This document shows, piece after piece, positions 47,261-60,736 of a DNA stretch of 64,000 bases. Made by a program: the position numbers and the translations under genes. The notes beneath the pieces were generated by a model that was not told where the DNA came from, ran no database searches, and saw only the letters and a list, made by a program, of their open reading frames with translations. The stretch covers positions 49,352,001-49,416,000 of the forward strand of contig NC_043007.1 in the NCBI RefSeq assembly GCF_006345805.1, read 5' to 3'. The stretch is from Octopus sinensis (Eukaryota). The stretch's first letter is position 1. Each line of letters opens with the position of its first letter.

Positions 47261-47953
47261 ACAAATAATACTGCCTTCCCAGATAATTGCCTAGCTACTC
47301 CTACAACATCCTCCACTCACCTGAATTTCTTCAATGTGTGTACGACATACTTTTTAAGCTATCTCTGTATATTTCCTTAACTTTGTGATCTCTTTATATC
47401 TTCCTTCTTGCATTTCTTTAATGTATTTTTAACAAATAATTTTTTCAGCTATCTTTGCATATTTCCATAAATTTATATATATTTTTTCATATGAAAATAT
47501 GCACGTGCGTACGTGCGCGTGCATTCTTATGCTGATATTACGGGCGCGCTGTGAGAGTACGCGCGCGCGCACGGGTACGTGGATAAGTATGTATTTTTAC
47601 TGTGAAGTAGTAAGCGACCAACTTTAACTATGACTACTATGTTTCCCCTGAAATACAAACTTCAACTCTTATTTCCCTCTTTTTATACACCCACCTCTTT
47701 CTTTTCCCTTACAACTCCACCTAACTAACCGTGACATATACAAATCACTTTTTAGCTTATAGAACTTCGATATGAGATCGGTCTACAATATTTGGCGCCA
47801 ATAAATTATTATTGTTCCTGAACATTATTTTTTATACCTACCATGGACTGCTCCAGGCTTACAAACTTCCTACACTTGAAACTTTGGATCATATAATTAC
47901 ACACACACACACACGTACACACACACACATACATACATACATGCATACATACA

Positions 47954-47986
<33 letters not shown>

Positions 47987-48005
47987 TCATATATATATAA
48001 ATATG

Positions 48006-48049
<44 letters not shown>

Positions 48050-48052
<3 letters not shown>

Positions 48053-48480
48053 GCCGGCCTTTTCGTGGTTAACAGTCATCGCGGCAAGACACATTTTTTT
48101 CTCTCTCGCCCCAAGGTATTTTTCTAACACGCCAGCTCAAAATTTACTCGTCCTGTCGAAAAGACGCCTGTCTGTGACGTCTTGTTTTTGTTATTATTAT
48201 TATCATTATTGTTTTTACGTATTTTTGTATTCTTATTCGTGTAACATCGTCCGTTTTTCCGTCCTTGTTTTGTATACATTCGAGGCTTTCTTCCAAGGAA
48301 TCTAATGCGCTTGGCTTAGATTTTCCTTTGGGGCTGGCCAGGTCGGAGCAATCTCAAGATTAATCAGCTGAAATTGCGAGGATGATCCGGTTCTTGACTG
48401 AAGATTGAAGGCTTCGAATGTCCCGTCCGTGTTTTTTGTATCGTCTTCTAAATGTTTTGCGTACTTGTCCCAGTTTGTAT
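48050..48480. mobile_element. Microsatellite-anchored interspersed repeat; inverted homolog at 53120-53600
   Basis: aatctcaagattaatcag..gatgatccggttcttgactgaaga..ttcgaatgtcc block present in both, opposite strands. Confidence 0.65.
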
Positions 48481-48484
48481 GTTT

Positions 48485-48720
<236 letters not shown>

Positions 48721-48896
48721 GTACATAGATAACAGGTGAGGACCGAAGAATCTAATCTCAAGAAGAGCTTTTCGTTTTTGTCTTTGGAATGAATTAGACT
48801 CCGAAACAAATTTAGAATTTATATTGGATGTGCACCAACCTGGATAATGAATTTATGAATTTCCTTTCCTTATATTTCATTCATATTTAATTAATA

Positions 48897-48984
<88 letters not shown>

Positions 48985-49751
48985 AATATTTTTGGGATTT
49001 TTTTACCACTATGTGGAAACCCTTATGCTAGAAGAAGATCCGCTATGGTCTTAACCACTAAGAATTGTTCTCCAGAAAATTTAGCACACCAGAAACGTAA
49101 GCGAGCAAGAAAAATGAAAAGTAACAAAAATATAGATTAATCATAAACACTTGTTTACACACACACATACATATAATATAAGAAAACAGAGAGATAATTA
49201 ATGAATTATTATTTAATTAAAAATTGACAAACATCACTAATTTTTGATTAACAAATAATAATTTATTAATTACCTCTCTATTTTCTTATATTATTATAAA
49301 TGAAGTTTGTAACCTTTATTTGTGTGCGTGTGTATAACTATCGTCTTCGCTTAACAGCCCTCGCCTTTTGTTTTTAGTGATTTGTTCTTACTGTCCTGTT
49401 TTTGTTACCATTTTCACCCTCTGCAGGAAAACTCAAATTTTATTTAATATGCTTTGCGGGAAGGACTGTTTTAACGAAGCCACGTCTTGTCCCGACCTAC
49501 GAAACGTGGAGTAGACAAAACAGGGGACAACTGATGAAAGAAATTTCTTTGTGTTGCCTGTCTCGTTTCTCTGTTTGTTTCTTTCTTTCCCTGTTCGAAA
49601 AGAAGTTCGTTTTCTATGTTTTTGTTTTTTATGTTCTCGTTTCTCATTTTGTCTACGTGTTTTTGATGTCCTGTACCCATATATGCATGTATATATACAT
49701 ATATATTATTTATATAATATATATATATTTATATATTATTTATATATATAT

Positions 49752-49803
<52 letters not shown>

Positions 49804-49805
<2 letters not shown>

Positions 49806-50306
49806 TAGCAGCATAGCCCGGCGTTGCCCGGGTATGTAAGAGCCCCTAGTAGGCAACGACTAATCCTAATCTAGTCCTTTCCCTCTAATTTCCTGCCAAT
49901 TTGTAAAAGATATTGTCGAAAATATGTCATCTTGAATTTGAACGCGATTTTCCAAAATGGCATGATTTTATCGATTTTTTCTGATGGTAAGGTATTGCAT
50001 GGAAAACTAACATCAGAATTAAGTTTCTTAGGGTAACATTAAGCTTCACCATGAGTTTGGTGAAAATTGATTGCAAGTTGCGAAAACTACAACGGAAAAT
50101 GTGTTGCATATAAAAAGCTTAGATTCTCGACCCCATGTCGAATTTATCGATTTTTTCAGAACTGGCGGAACTTTTCAAAATTTTCGCTGTGTTAGTTTTG
50201 AATTATGACATTGGGCTATGTGTGTGTCAAGTTTCATCAGAATCAGTTGAAAGCTGTTGTCAGGGTGAGGGTACAACCTGACAGACACACGGACAGATAA
50301 ACTGCC

Positions 50307-50320
<14 letters not shown>
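49804..50320 (+). mobile_element. DINE-1/Helentron-associated non-autonomous element between (TA)n tracts
   Basis: Starts actagc..gcccggcgttgcccggg hairpin; caagtttcatcagaatc; ends acagacacacggacagat..gtttatatatat. Confidence 0.7.
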
Positions 50321-50361
<41 letters not shown>

Positions 50362-50545
50362 ATATATCATCAAGGGTGCTACAAGTGGCACCAGCACTCT
50401 GAAAGCAGAACCCAGACGACGACTAGACGACTACAACTACAAACATACACCGAAACACATTAATTGAAGTCGGGGAAAGAGCAGAATTTCAAAATTACTT
50501 ACGCATGCTATACCACTTGATATTATTGTAAAAAATAATATCCTT

Positions 50546-50602
<57 letters not shown>

Positions 50603-51153
50603 CCCTCTTTATAATCAAATAATAAGAAATATACTATACAAGCTTTCAATTTAACATTCATAGATGACTAAAAAAACTTCACTGCAAACCTGTAATCGGA
50701 ATTTTTTTCTAAATTTAATCTAGCTTTAAAATTAATAAGGCTTTCCCCCAGTTATAAAATACTATGCCTACTCATAATAATAAATTATAGGTTTTTCCCC
50801 TTTTTTCTCTAAATTTCACTCTCTTTTAATGGGACTAAGACCATTTGACATTGACGTAGTTTCTCTCACCAAATAGCAATAATTAGCATTTGTTAGTGGC
50901 AATTGCTGTCTTCAACATGAATTCCTTTTATGGTGTTCTGAAACCTCTTTTACCCCATTTCTACAATTAAAACATCTTTATTACTTCTAACCTTATAGCA
51001 GTTAGGAACAACCATATCTTGGTCAGTCAGTGGAAGGACTTCACTACCTCATATGTTCTTAAAATTTAAATCTACATCTTTGTCTGTATATCTACCTTCT
51101 CGATAATGTTGCGACTTGATTTGAAAACTTTTGTATTAATGGAAAACCTCTAT

Positions 51154-51244
51154 AATTGGCTGATGAGTACTCAGCATCTTAAATCTGTTGTAATACTTAC
51201 AACATTTAATAAAATGATGTAGTACGAAACGATTGTACCAAATT
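51154..51244 (+). ncRNA. Type I hammerhead ribozyme with intact core and extended stem II
   Basis: uugg-CUGAUGA-guacu...aguac-GAAA-C-gauu-GUA-ccaa; G10.1-C11.1 pair; inner hairpin uguuguaa/uuacaaca. Confidence 0.82.
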
Positions 51245-51371
51245 ACCGGAGTCATTCTTGTTGCTTATTTTTATTATAATCACCCCACAAATTTTTATGG
51301 ATAACACCATACAAAATTCTGGTGCATCTAAATTAAGTACCATATTCATTTGAATCAAAATTTTTGCTGAA

Positions 51372-51483
<112 letters not shown>

Positions 51484-52598
51484 CCTAACTTATCGCTTTA
51501 CACCTCTATATATGTTTATTTACTTACCTATGGATCCACCTTTTGAATATACGAGCGTCCGCGTACGTGTGTATACGCATACATACATATGCACACGCAT
51601 ATATGTACATGCATACTTCGATATCTTATAGCTATACCCATGTGCGCGTGTGTCTCTGTGTGTGTATATGAGTGTATATGTGCACGCATATACGGACACA
51701 CAGCCGTGTGTGCGTGCGCGTATTGACATGAGTACGGGATTCTTTACATACGTTCTTATACACATCCTTTAATATCTTATACCTGGACCTAGAGGCGTGG
51801 GCATATACGTCTGTGTATGTAGTGATGGGCGCGCGTATATACATGTGAGCGTGTACGCGCGTAATGTCCGTGTATATATGCAGATATTCTGTTGTATGTA
51901 TGTGTGTGTACGCGCGTGCGTGTGGGTGCGTGTGTGTTTATGTACGTGTTTACACGCGAGTGCGTGTGTATGCTTATAGGCTTGGAGGCGTATATGTACG
52001 CGTGTATGTGGGTGTATATATCCATGATGATATGTATGTACTAGAAGTCCATTTAATTCAAGGAACCAGATTAAATGCTCATCAGCTCTGATTTACAACG
52101 CATTAAGTCCCCAGACGAAACTGTTGATGTACTGACAATTCTACAACTAAATTTTATCAATCTCCTGACCACCATGCTTGGTCCATAACCTCTATACATC
52201 CCTTATCTTTACATTCTTTTACACTTTTATCATGTTTTTATCAGGTTTTTTTACTTTTATTTCTATTTCTATTTTTACTTTATATTTCTTTATACCCCCT
52301 TTACATCTCCTTACAACCCTTTATCCTCTACATTTTTATATTATTCTATACTTACACTTTTTATACATTTTTTATCCCTCGTCCCGAACTCTCGCCCCTC
52401 CATCTTCACCTCTATATATGTATTTATTTATTTACATTACCTCAACATCCAATTTTCCTCATTCTACATTGAGAGAAGAAAGAGATGGACGCTTCAACTC
52501 TATGCTGCTGCCGCATTATGTCGTACGTGAATGAGAGGATTTGCATCCCCAACCAAGAATTTTTGATGTAACACATGTCCTTGTGGAAGCTGTTGTGC

Positions 52599-52676
52599 GC
52601 GGCTGAAGAAGGCCACAGACATACATTATGCATTGTTATAAATCTGTCTAATAAAGGCCCGAAACATATGTACCGC
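52599..52676 (+). ncRNA. Type I hammerhead ribozyme, palindromic stem III
   Basis: gcgg-CUGAAGA-a-ggcc...ggcc-c-GAAA-C-auau-GUA-ccgc; A-C mismatch at 10.1/11.1. Confidence 0.75.
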
Positions 52677-52791
52677 TGAATCCTTCGCATCATGTTTTTA
52701 TTTTATTTTGATCAATTTACTCCACCACCTACACCACCAAACGGTATACACAGGTGCTTATAATTATCAAGTACTCACCCCGAATTTCTAT

Positions 52792-52850
52792 GTGCCCCAG
52801 CATGGCCGCGGCCTTCGGGCTAAAACATTTTTAAGGATTTAAGGATTTAA

Positions 52851-52855
<5 letters not shown>
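52792..52855 (+). mobile_element. 64-bp extreme 5'-truncated copy of the CR1-like LINE tail
   Basis: Identical to 671-734 over 64 nt. Confidence 0.9.
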
Positions 52856-52907
<52 letters not shown>

Positions 52908-52986
52908 CATACATATATATATATATATAATATATATATATACACACATATATATATATATATAAATATATATGTACATACATATA

Positions 52987-53040
<54 letters not shown>

Positions 53041-53088
53041 ATGTGTGTGTGTGGTGTGTGTGTGTGTGTGTATGTGTGTGTATGTATG

Positions 53089-53124
<36 letters not shown>

Positions 53125-53794
53125 GGTATGTAGAAAAATACAACATGGACAAGAACGTATAACTCATAGAAGACGATACAATAAACATGGACAGGACATT
53201 CGAACCCCTCAGTCTTCAGTCAAGAACCGGATCATCGTAGTAATTTCGGCTGATTAATCTTGAGATTACTAGATCACGGCCAGCCCTCCAAGAAAAACTA
53301 AGCTGGAAGCGTAGATTTCCTGGAAGAAGGATCGAATGCATACGAACACCAGGACAGCAAAAGGGACAGATATAGAAAAAACAAAAAACAATAATGGAAT
53401 ACAGAAACATGAAATACAGAAGCATTAACGGTGAAAACAACAAGTGTCTTACGACTGATAACAAGCAAACAAATTTTTTCTCTGGCGCATTGGAAAAGCC
53501 TTTATAGCGGCGGACGAAGAACAACGATGTTAACACGACGAGGGTCAGGAGCTGAAAGGCAGATTTCGGCCAACAGTCACGTAACAGAGAAGAGAGAGAG
53601 AGAAAAGGGGGACAAAACGCAACAAAGAGAGAGAAGAGAGAGAAGAAGGAATCAGAGAGGAGAAGGGATGGGTGTCGAAGAATGACCTGTGAGTGCAGAG
53701 CGAGACAAAGAAATAGGAGGGTAGTGGAAGACTAGACCAAAGGATCAGAGGAAAGAGAAGATGAATAGAGAGAAGTAAAAATGAGAGAGAGAGA

Positions 53795-53839
<45 letters not shown>

Positions 53840-54497
53840 CATATATTATTTTACTTATTTTATTCATTACAATGCGGGCATGCTGAGGCACTGCCTTGAA
53901 ATTTTAGTCGAATAAATGGAACCCAGAACTTATATTTTTCTTAGGCCTGTCGATGTCTTGTTCCGAATCGCTAAGGCTCTGGTTGGCTTGGGACTACAGT
54001 AGAAGACACTTGTCCTAGGTGCCATGCAGTCGCACTTAACCCAGAAGTAAGCTTCTTACCACACAATTTTTTTCCCAAACAATTGTTGCGAATTTAAACA
54101 CTTTCCGTTATTTGTTATTCTAATGTCGCACCAAGGAATTGGATCATTGGTAAGTAACTGGAACTGAGAACCAACTATCAACAGTATCCAGTCGTACAAT
54201 TGATGTCTACGATAATGGATTATTGCATTGTTTGCTCTGAGTGATTCTATCTCGCCAATTGGCAGCGTCTCACACGTTGCTGTACCTCGATTCTTAACGA
54301 ATCGTTAGACCAAAATTTACATACATACACGAATATATGCATATGTATGTGTGTATATGAGTATGTTTACAGTCAGAAAGAAAGAGATACAGAAAGTGCA
54401 AGGCACAAAATAATAACTTATGGGAAACTGCTACACAAGGGAACTAACTCTTAGAACCCTAATGCAAAATTTTTCATTGGAAAACAGTGACGGGAGC

Positions 54498-54537
<40 letters not shown>

Positions 54538-55014
54538 TACACAGATGTGTATATACATGTTAGTATATATGTATATATTATATTTCAATGTGAGTGTGTA
54601 TGTGCGTGAATATGGTGCTGTTGGCTGGAGTTTAGAGGGCAGATTATTTACACACAAACACAGAAATGCCAATCTATAGACATATTATGCTTGCCAAGAA
54701 ATTCAAATGTGTTTAGAGTTATTTCCCTTACAATGCATAAATTCTTTTCATACCTACCAGCACGATTTTTCCTTCTTTCAATTGGCGTATTCTATTTGTG
54801 AGTTGCATATGTGTGTGTGAAATTTATTCAACTTTTGCAGTGGATATGTCAGAGTTTTGATAAAGGTAAAATTTTATAAAGAACAATTAGTTGGGGATAA
54901 TAATTTTATATAAGTGAAGTACAGTTTGGGTCTTTGTGAGATGTAATAGTAGATGTAATACATATAATGCATACATATACACAGGTATAGATATTTTTGT
55001 CTATATATCGATAC

Positions 55015-55079
<65 letters not shown>

Positions 55080-55179
55080 ATAAAACTCCCGAATGTTACT
55101 CAGCTTATAGAATGGTTCGCAGTAAGGTATTTGTTAAATCATATACAAGAGGTCACCGAGATCCAGTACACCTTTAAGA

Positions 55180-56260
55180 AATGATGAGCTGAACACTCTA
55201 AATACGTATTAAATCAAGAGTCTACTACCGGTCCTGAGGTAATTAATGATGCCCTTCAGTGACCTAAAATTGAGGAACTTGCAGAAGATCCTTCCTTGGA
55301 TGAGCTAAGTACTGCTATTAAAAACCTTTCCAGTAGTAAATCTGGACAAGACGGTATTCCCATAGAGGTGTACAAGCATGGCGGTAGATAACTGGTAAGA
55401 AAGCTGCGCAAATTGATCTATTTGATCTGGGAAGCTGGATCTGTTCCTCCAAAAGTTCAAATATGCCTCTATAACGCACTTTAACAAATTCAAAGGGAAG
55501 AAGAGTGTATATGATAATCACAGTGGGTTAAGTTCGTTGTGCATAGCTGGAAAACTTCTTACGAGACTGATCCATAACCGCATCAACAAACATATCCAGA
55601 ATCCCAATGTGGATTTCGGGCTGGGAGAGGTACAGTTGGTATGATTTTTACTCATCAGCAAGTTGAAGAGAAAACACGTGAGCAAAATACTGACTTGTAC
55701 ATAGTCTTTGTCGACTTGACCAAGGCCTTTGATACAATGAATCACGGGGTACTATGAAAACATTTGTCAAAGTTGGCCTTCCTGATAAGGTGATACGGGT
55801 AACAGTATCTTTGCACTAAAGATTGATGACAACAGTGATATCTAGCATTCAATGTTCAGAGGCATTCTCTGTTGCCACTGGGCTGTGTTTTATCCCCTGC
55901 ACTTTTTTCCACATTCTTTTCGATGTTGGCCCAACATGATTTTAGGGGTTAACATAAAGGTATAACATTTCAGTTTCGCATACACCAAAAAGAACAAAGT
56001 TTGAGATCAAAGAAATAGACCAAGGAAGAAATTTTATGTGATTTTTAAAATTTCCTGACGATTGCCCTTCGATTTCTCATACATTTGAGAGAATTAAGGA
56101 AACAGTCGACAGGTTTATTGCGGCAAGTCGTGCATTTAGACTGACTATCATCATCAAAAAGACTGAAATTTTTTTCCAACCAAAGCCTGAGACATAACAT
56201 GCTCAAGATTCAAATGTGATGATTGACAATAAGCCACTCACATAGGTCAGGTCTCCCTCA
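55180..56260 (+). mobile_element. RTE/BovB-like LINE RT remnant
   Basis: SGQDGIPIEVYKHGG, GFRAGRGT..MIF, FVDLTKAFDT. Confidence 0.8.
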
Positions 56261-56597
56261 GGCCATTCCTAGGTCAAACACGGACAATAAATGGCATGAT
56301 TCAAAGACGTTGTGTAATTTGAAATGGATTTTGCTACTACCTGTAGCATGTTGAGCAACCACGTAGATGTTCCCTCATGTCATTGTTATTTTAGATAGAA
56401 AAGAAAGCTAACCAGTTGTAAATCGAATGTTATATTCTCTTCAGGGAGAGAATATAACATTCAAAGTCGTCAATAAGACATTTTAACAGAATATGATGGA
56501 TATGTATAGTGATGAGCTGAACGCCATCAAGTTTTTTTTTTCAAATGTTAGAAGGACCCATTCTTGTCGTTAGGGGAAATATTCCTATAGATAGAAA

Positions 56598-56699
<102 letters not shown>

Positions 56700-59145
56700 C
56701 AACGCTAATGAATAAACATCTGAAGTATCTTCAAAACATCACAAAGGAAATTAATACCATGGATAGTATGCTGGTTCAATAAGATAAAAGGGGAAATCTG
56801 TACAAAATTAACAAGGACTATTACTTGGAATTGCTTAAAAAAGAAATTAAAAAAAAAACATAAGATGTTCTCAGGAAAGCCAACCTTGAGGCTAAGAAAA
56901 TTATGGAGAGGTATAACTTACAGATGAAGACAGAACCACTTGATCCTAAGCAACCTTGTTTTATTTTGAAAGATCATAAATACAATGTTTTTAATAACCC
57001 ATCCTTAAGACTTATCTGTCCTTCTAGCTCTGATATCGGTGTACTTAGTAAAAATATTCTAGATAAATGTATTCCTAACTTAGTTAAAAAATTAAAGCTT
57101 AGTTTATGATCCAATTCATTCCAAGTCGTCGACTGGTTTAGTTCTATTACTAATAAGAGGAGCACTAAGTTTATCCAGTTTGACATTTCTAGTTTTTTTT
57201 CCTCCATTAACCCAATAGTACTTATTAAGGCACTTTGGCTTGCTCATAACAAAGCTGGTCTCACCAAGGAAAAAATTAATGTTGTGTTGGCCAACAGAAA
57301 ATCTATCATAAGTTTGACAATAAGATGTGGGTCTGTAAAGACACACCTGATGGTTTTGATGTTACGATGGGAAGTTCTGATTCAGCACAAGTAGCTGATT
57401 TTTCTGTATATATATAATTTATGAAATGACAGACCAGTTCACAAACATCAATAGAGGGCTATATTGTGATGATTGTTTACTTTACCTTCAAAATGTTTCT
57501 GACCAAAAAGTACAAAAGGTTAAGAATAGTTTAGTTAAGTTTTCCGTAGAATGGGCTTAAGCATAGTTTTTGATGATGATGTAACGAAAGCCAACATTTT
57601 AGATATTACATTTAACTTACGCAATAATTCGTACTTCCCATACCACAAACCATCGACCAATCTTAAGTATATTAGCCAATTCAGTAATGATTTTAGGGCA
57701 ATCACTAAGAACTTAGTTAAGAATATTTCATTCAGATTGTCTAAGTTATTTGCTAGTGTTGACATTTTCAACGACAAGGCTGAATTTTATAACTCTGTTC
57801 ACATAAAGCAGGTTATACAGATAAAGTTACCTACATTAATTCCATTCAATCTTATTCTACCTTTAGTAATGTAGACATGAAATCTAGTTGTAAGGATAGA
57901 AACGATATCAATTTTAATTTATACGCCAACACCAGAGGAAGAGAGATAACCGTTATTTAACCCCTTTTTTTTTATTCTAAAGGTAAATCGAAGACTTTTA
58001 AAGATAGTTACACTAAAAATAAGACACCTAATAGCAAAACTACTTGGTTGATTATTCCTTATGGAAGGCACATTAAATCTAATTTTCTTTACCAGTTTCG
58101 GGAAGCTATTGTTAGGAATTTTCCAAAGAATTCTAGGTATTACTCTATTATCAACTCGCACACGGTTAGGATTGGTTTTTCCAACACACAAAGTCTCTCC
58201 TCATATAATATTAGTCTGTTAAATAAGAATAAATTTACTAATGTTAACATTAATTTAGCTAATACCAACCACACCCCTAGAAATAGTAATAACAAGGTTA
58301 TTGTTTCTGAAGTCAATTCCAACAGAATTAAGTTTATGTCTAGTAATTCTAAGATTAGAAACTCTATATACCAGTGTAAAATTATTTCAGGCACCGAGGT
58401 CTTTTTTTTTTATATTGATAGTTCTTCTCAGTTATCTAAAAGAATTTCTAATCATTACTCTACATTTAAGGATAATAATAAACGTAATAGTACAGGGCTT
58501 AGTAAATTAATTTGGTATCTAAAAGACCATAAGAAACAATTTAATTTAGATTGGCTGGTTCTCTTCATTTCGTTCCCATGTGATAAAGGTAAGGAATTTT
58601 GTCATCTCTGTAATTGTGAGCTATTTTTAATTCTTTTTTCTAAAATTCTCCTTGTAAACACGTTTATAGAGCGTGCTTCTCGATGTAAACATTGGCAGAA
58701 ACATACCTTTAGTTCATATAAATGATATCTACCATTATACATAATTTGAACATTGATTTTCTTCTTACATTTCACTTCCACTAGATAAATTTTCCCAAGA
58801 CTTTAGGCTTTTATTTAATTCATATATCGTTCTATATTTCTCATTTATTTGGTTTCTGCTTTTTTTATTTTCTTTTACCCCCTCCTCTTTCTATAGGCTA
58901 CCTTTCACACTAATTCCTCAAACGTTTAAAAAACAACTTAATAGCGTTCAGTTCCTCACTATACATATCCATCATATTCTGTTAAAATGTCTTAGTGATG
59001 GTTTTGTTTTATTCCTTCATTTCCCTGTAGAGAAGATAACATTGTTTTACACCATTTTATTCCTTTGTAATAATACCAATGATGTCTTCCAAACATGTGT
59101 CGGAAGTAAAAGAATTTGAATAACACCTGCGTTTAACTCCATTTG
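56700..59145 (+). mobile_element. Near-complete degenerate Penelope-like element (RT, GIY-YIG, 3' pseudo-LTR) between microsatellites
   Basis: FILKDHK..NNPSLRLICP, QFDISSFFPP, FDVTMGSSDSAQVAD, ILDITFNL..PYHKP, IYQCKI..FYI..SKRISNH..STGLSKLIWYLK..CHLCNCE. Confidence 0.9.
59021..59105 (+). ncRNA. Inactivated hammerhead in the PLE 3' pseudo-LTR (A6U, G12C)
   Basis: uucc-CUGUAGA-gaagau...gucuuc-CAAA-C-augu-GUC-ggaa; all three stems still pair. Confidence 0.55.
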
Positions 59146-59462
59146 TGTATATATATATATATATATATATACATATATATATACATATATATATCTATCT
59201 ATCTCTCTCTTTCTCTCTCTATATATAATCACATATATGTGTGTGTGTATTTCTGTCTCTGTTTCTCCCCACCACCACCACCGCTTAGAAACTGGTGCTG
59301 GTGAGTTTACGTCACTGTAACTCAGCGGTTCAGCAGAAGATATCGATAGATAGAGCACCAGGATTACAGAGAATAAGTCCAGCGGTTGATTTCTTCAACT
59401 AATAAGCGGTTTTGCAGCATGTCCACATTCAAATGACTGAAACAAGTAACAGAGTAAAAGAG

Positions 59463-59560
<98 letters not shown>

Positions 59561-59613
59561 GTATGTATGTATATATATATATATATACACATGTATATAC
59601 ACGTATATATATG

Positions 59614-59649
<36 letters not shown>

Positions 59650-59667
59650 CACATGCATATATGTACG

Positions 59668-59699
<32 letters not shown>

Positions 59700-60140
59700 T
59701 TTCGGTCAGCATTCATTACTCCACTGTCACTACCTCCATCCACTACAAACCCACAGACTCCCACTCATACCTCAGCTTCTCTTCCTCCCACCCTAAACAC
59801 ACCAAGCTTTCCATCCCCTATTCCCAATTCCTCTGTCTAAGCAGGCTCTGTAGTGACGACCATAACTTTGAGACTCAGTCTCAACTCATGACTCGCCACT
59901 TCATCTTACGTGGATATCCCCTCACCACTATACACCGCCCTTTCCAGAGCACGTTTTGTGGGCCGTGTATCCGCTCTCTCCCCGCGAACCCACCCCGCCG
60001 TCTCCCACCTCCTATTTCCCCTCACCTACCACCCACCACCCTACCTTTCTAACCCACCATACTCTGAGCCTTCCGAAGACTCCACTCCGACACCTCCACT
60101 TCACACAGACATAAAAAAGAGATGTTTTATTTGATCATAT
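59700..60140 (+). mobile_element. Penelope-like element RT C-terminal fragment from a different PLE lineage
   Basis: [35 protein letters not shown]...F..RGYP. Confidence 0.85.
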
Positions 60141-60189
60141 CCTTTTCGCAAATTGTAAGTTATTTTAACTTTTTGCTAGATGAAACTGA

Positions 60190-60657
60190 TCGCTTTCATG
60201 ATAATGGAGACAAGCTATCACCTTGAAATATTCCAGTTCTTATGTTTACTTTTTCAAGTTTTTCTTTTCTTCCTACTAATTCAGTATTCCAATGTTTCAT
60301 ACTTTCATTAACCATTTTCACCATATTTTCTGCCACTCCAAACATGCTCGTTATTTTACTTATCCAACTGTGCGTGACCATATTATTTGCTTTTTTGCAA
60401 TCTAGCCATGCTACATTAAGTCCCGTCAATCTGCGCCTACAATTTCTAATTATCATTTTATCAACTACTTGGTGGTCTTTTGCTGCCCTACTTTTTTTCC
60501 TGCAGCCTTTCTCCTTTTTTGGATAATCCAGGTGATTATCGAGCTTTTCTGCTAAGACACCAGTTATAAACTTCCACATACGTGGTAAACAGGTTATAGA
60601 TCAAAGATTTGATGCAAGTTATCTTTCAAGGGACCCTTGAGACATAACAGCGTTCGC
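60190..60657 (-). mobile_element. Dong/R4-like LINE RT fragment
   Basis: KGCRKKSRAAKDH, VAWLDCKKA..MVTHSWI, GIFQGDSLSPL. Confidence 0.85.

Positions 60658-60733
<76 letters not shown>

Positions 60734-60736
<3 letters not shown>

Noticed and set aside
48395-48430. CUGAAGA...CGAAUGUC motif (mirrored at 53195-53225)
   Set aside because: GAAU instead of GAAA in both copies and no consistent stem I
49490-49545. GAAAC...CUGAUGA (and GAAAA...CUGAAGA at 7050-7115, minus) as permuted type II hammerheads
   Set aside because: The segment that should form the stem I hairpin does not pair and stem II partners are inconsistent between the two copies
52040-52092. Minus-strand CUGAUGA followed by an 8-bp hairpin
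   Set aside because: No GAAA or cleavage triplet follows; at most a truncated remnant
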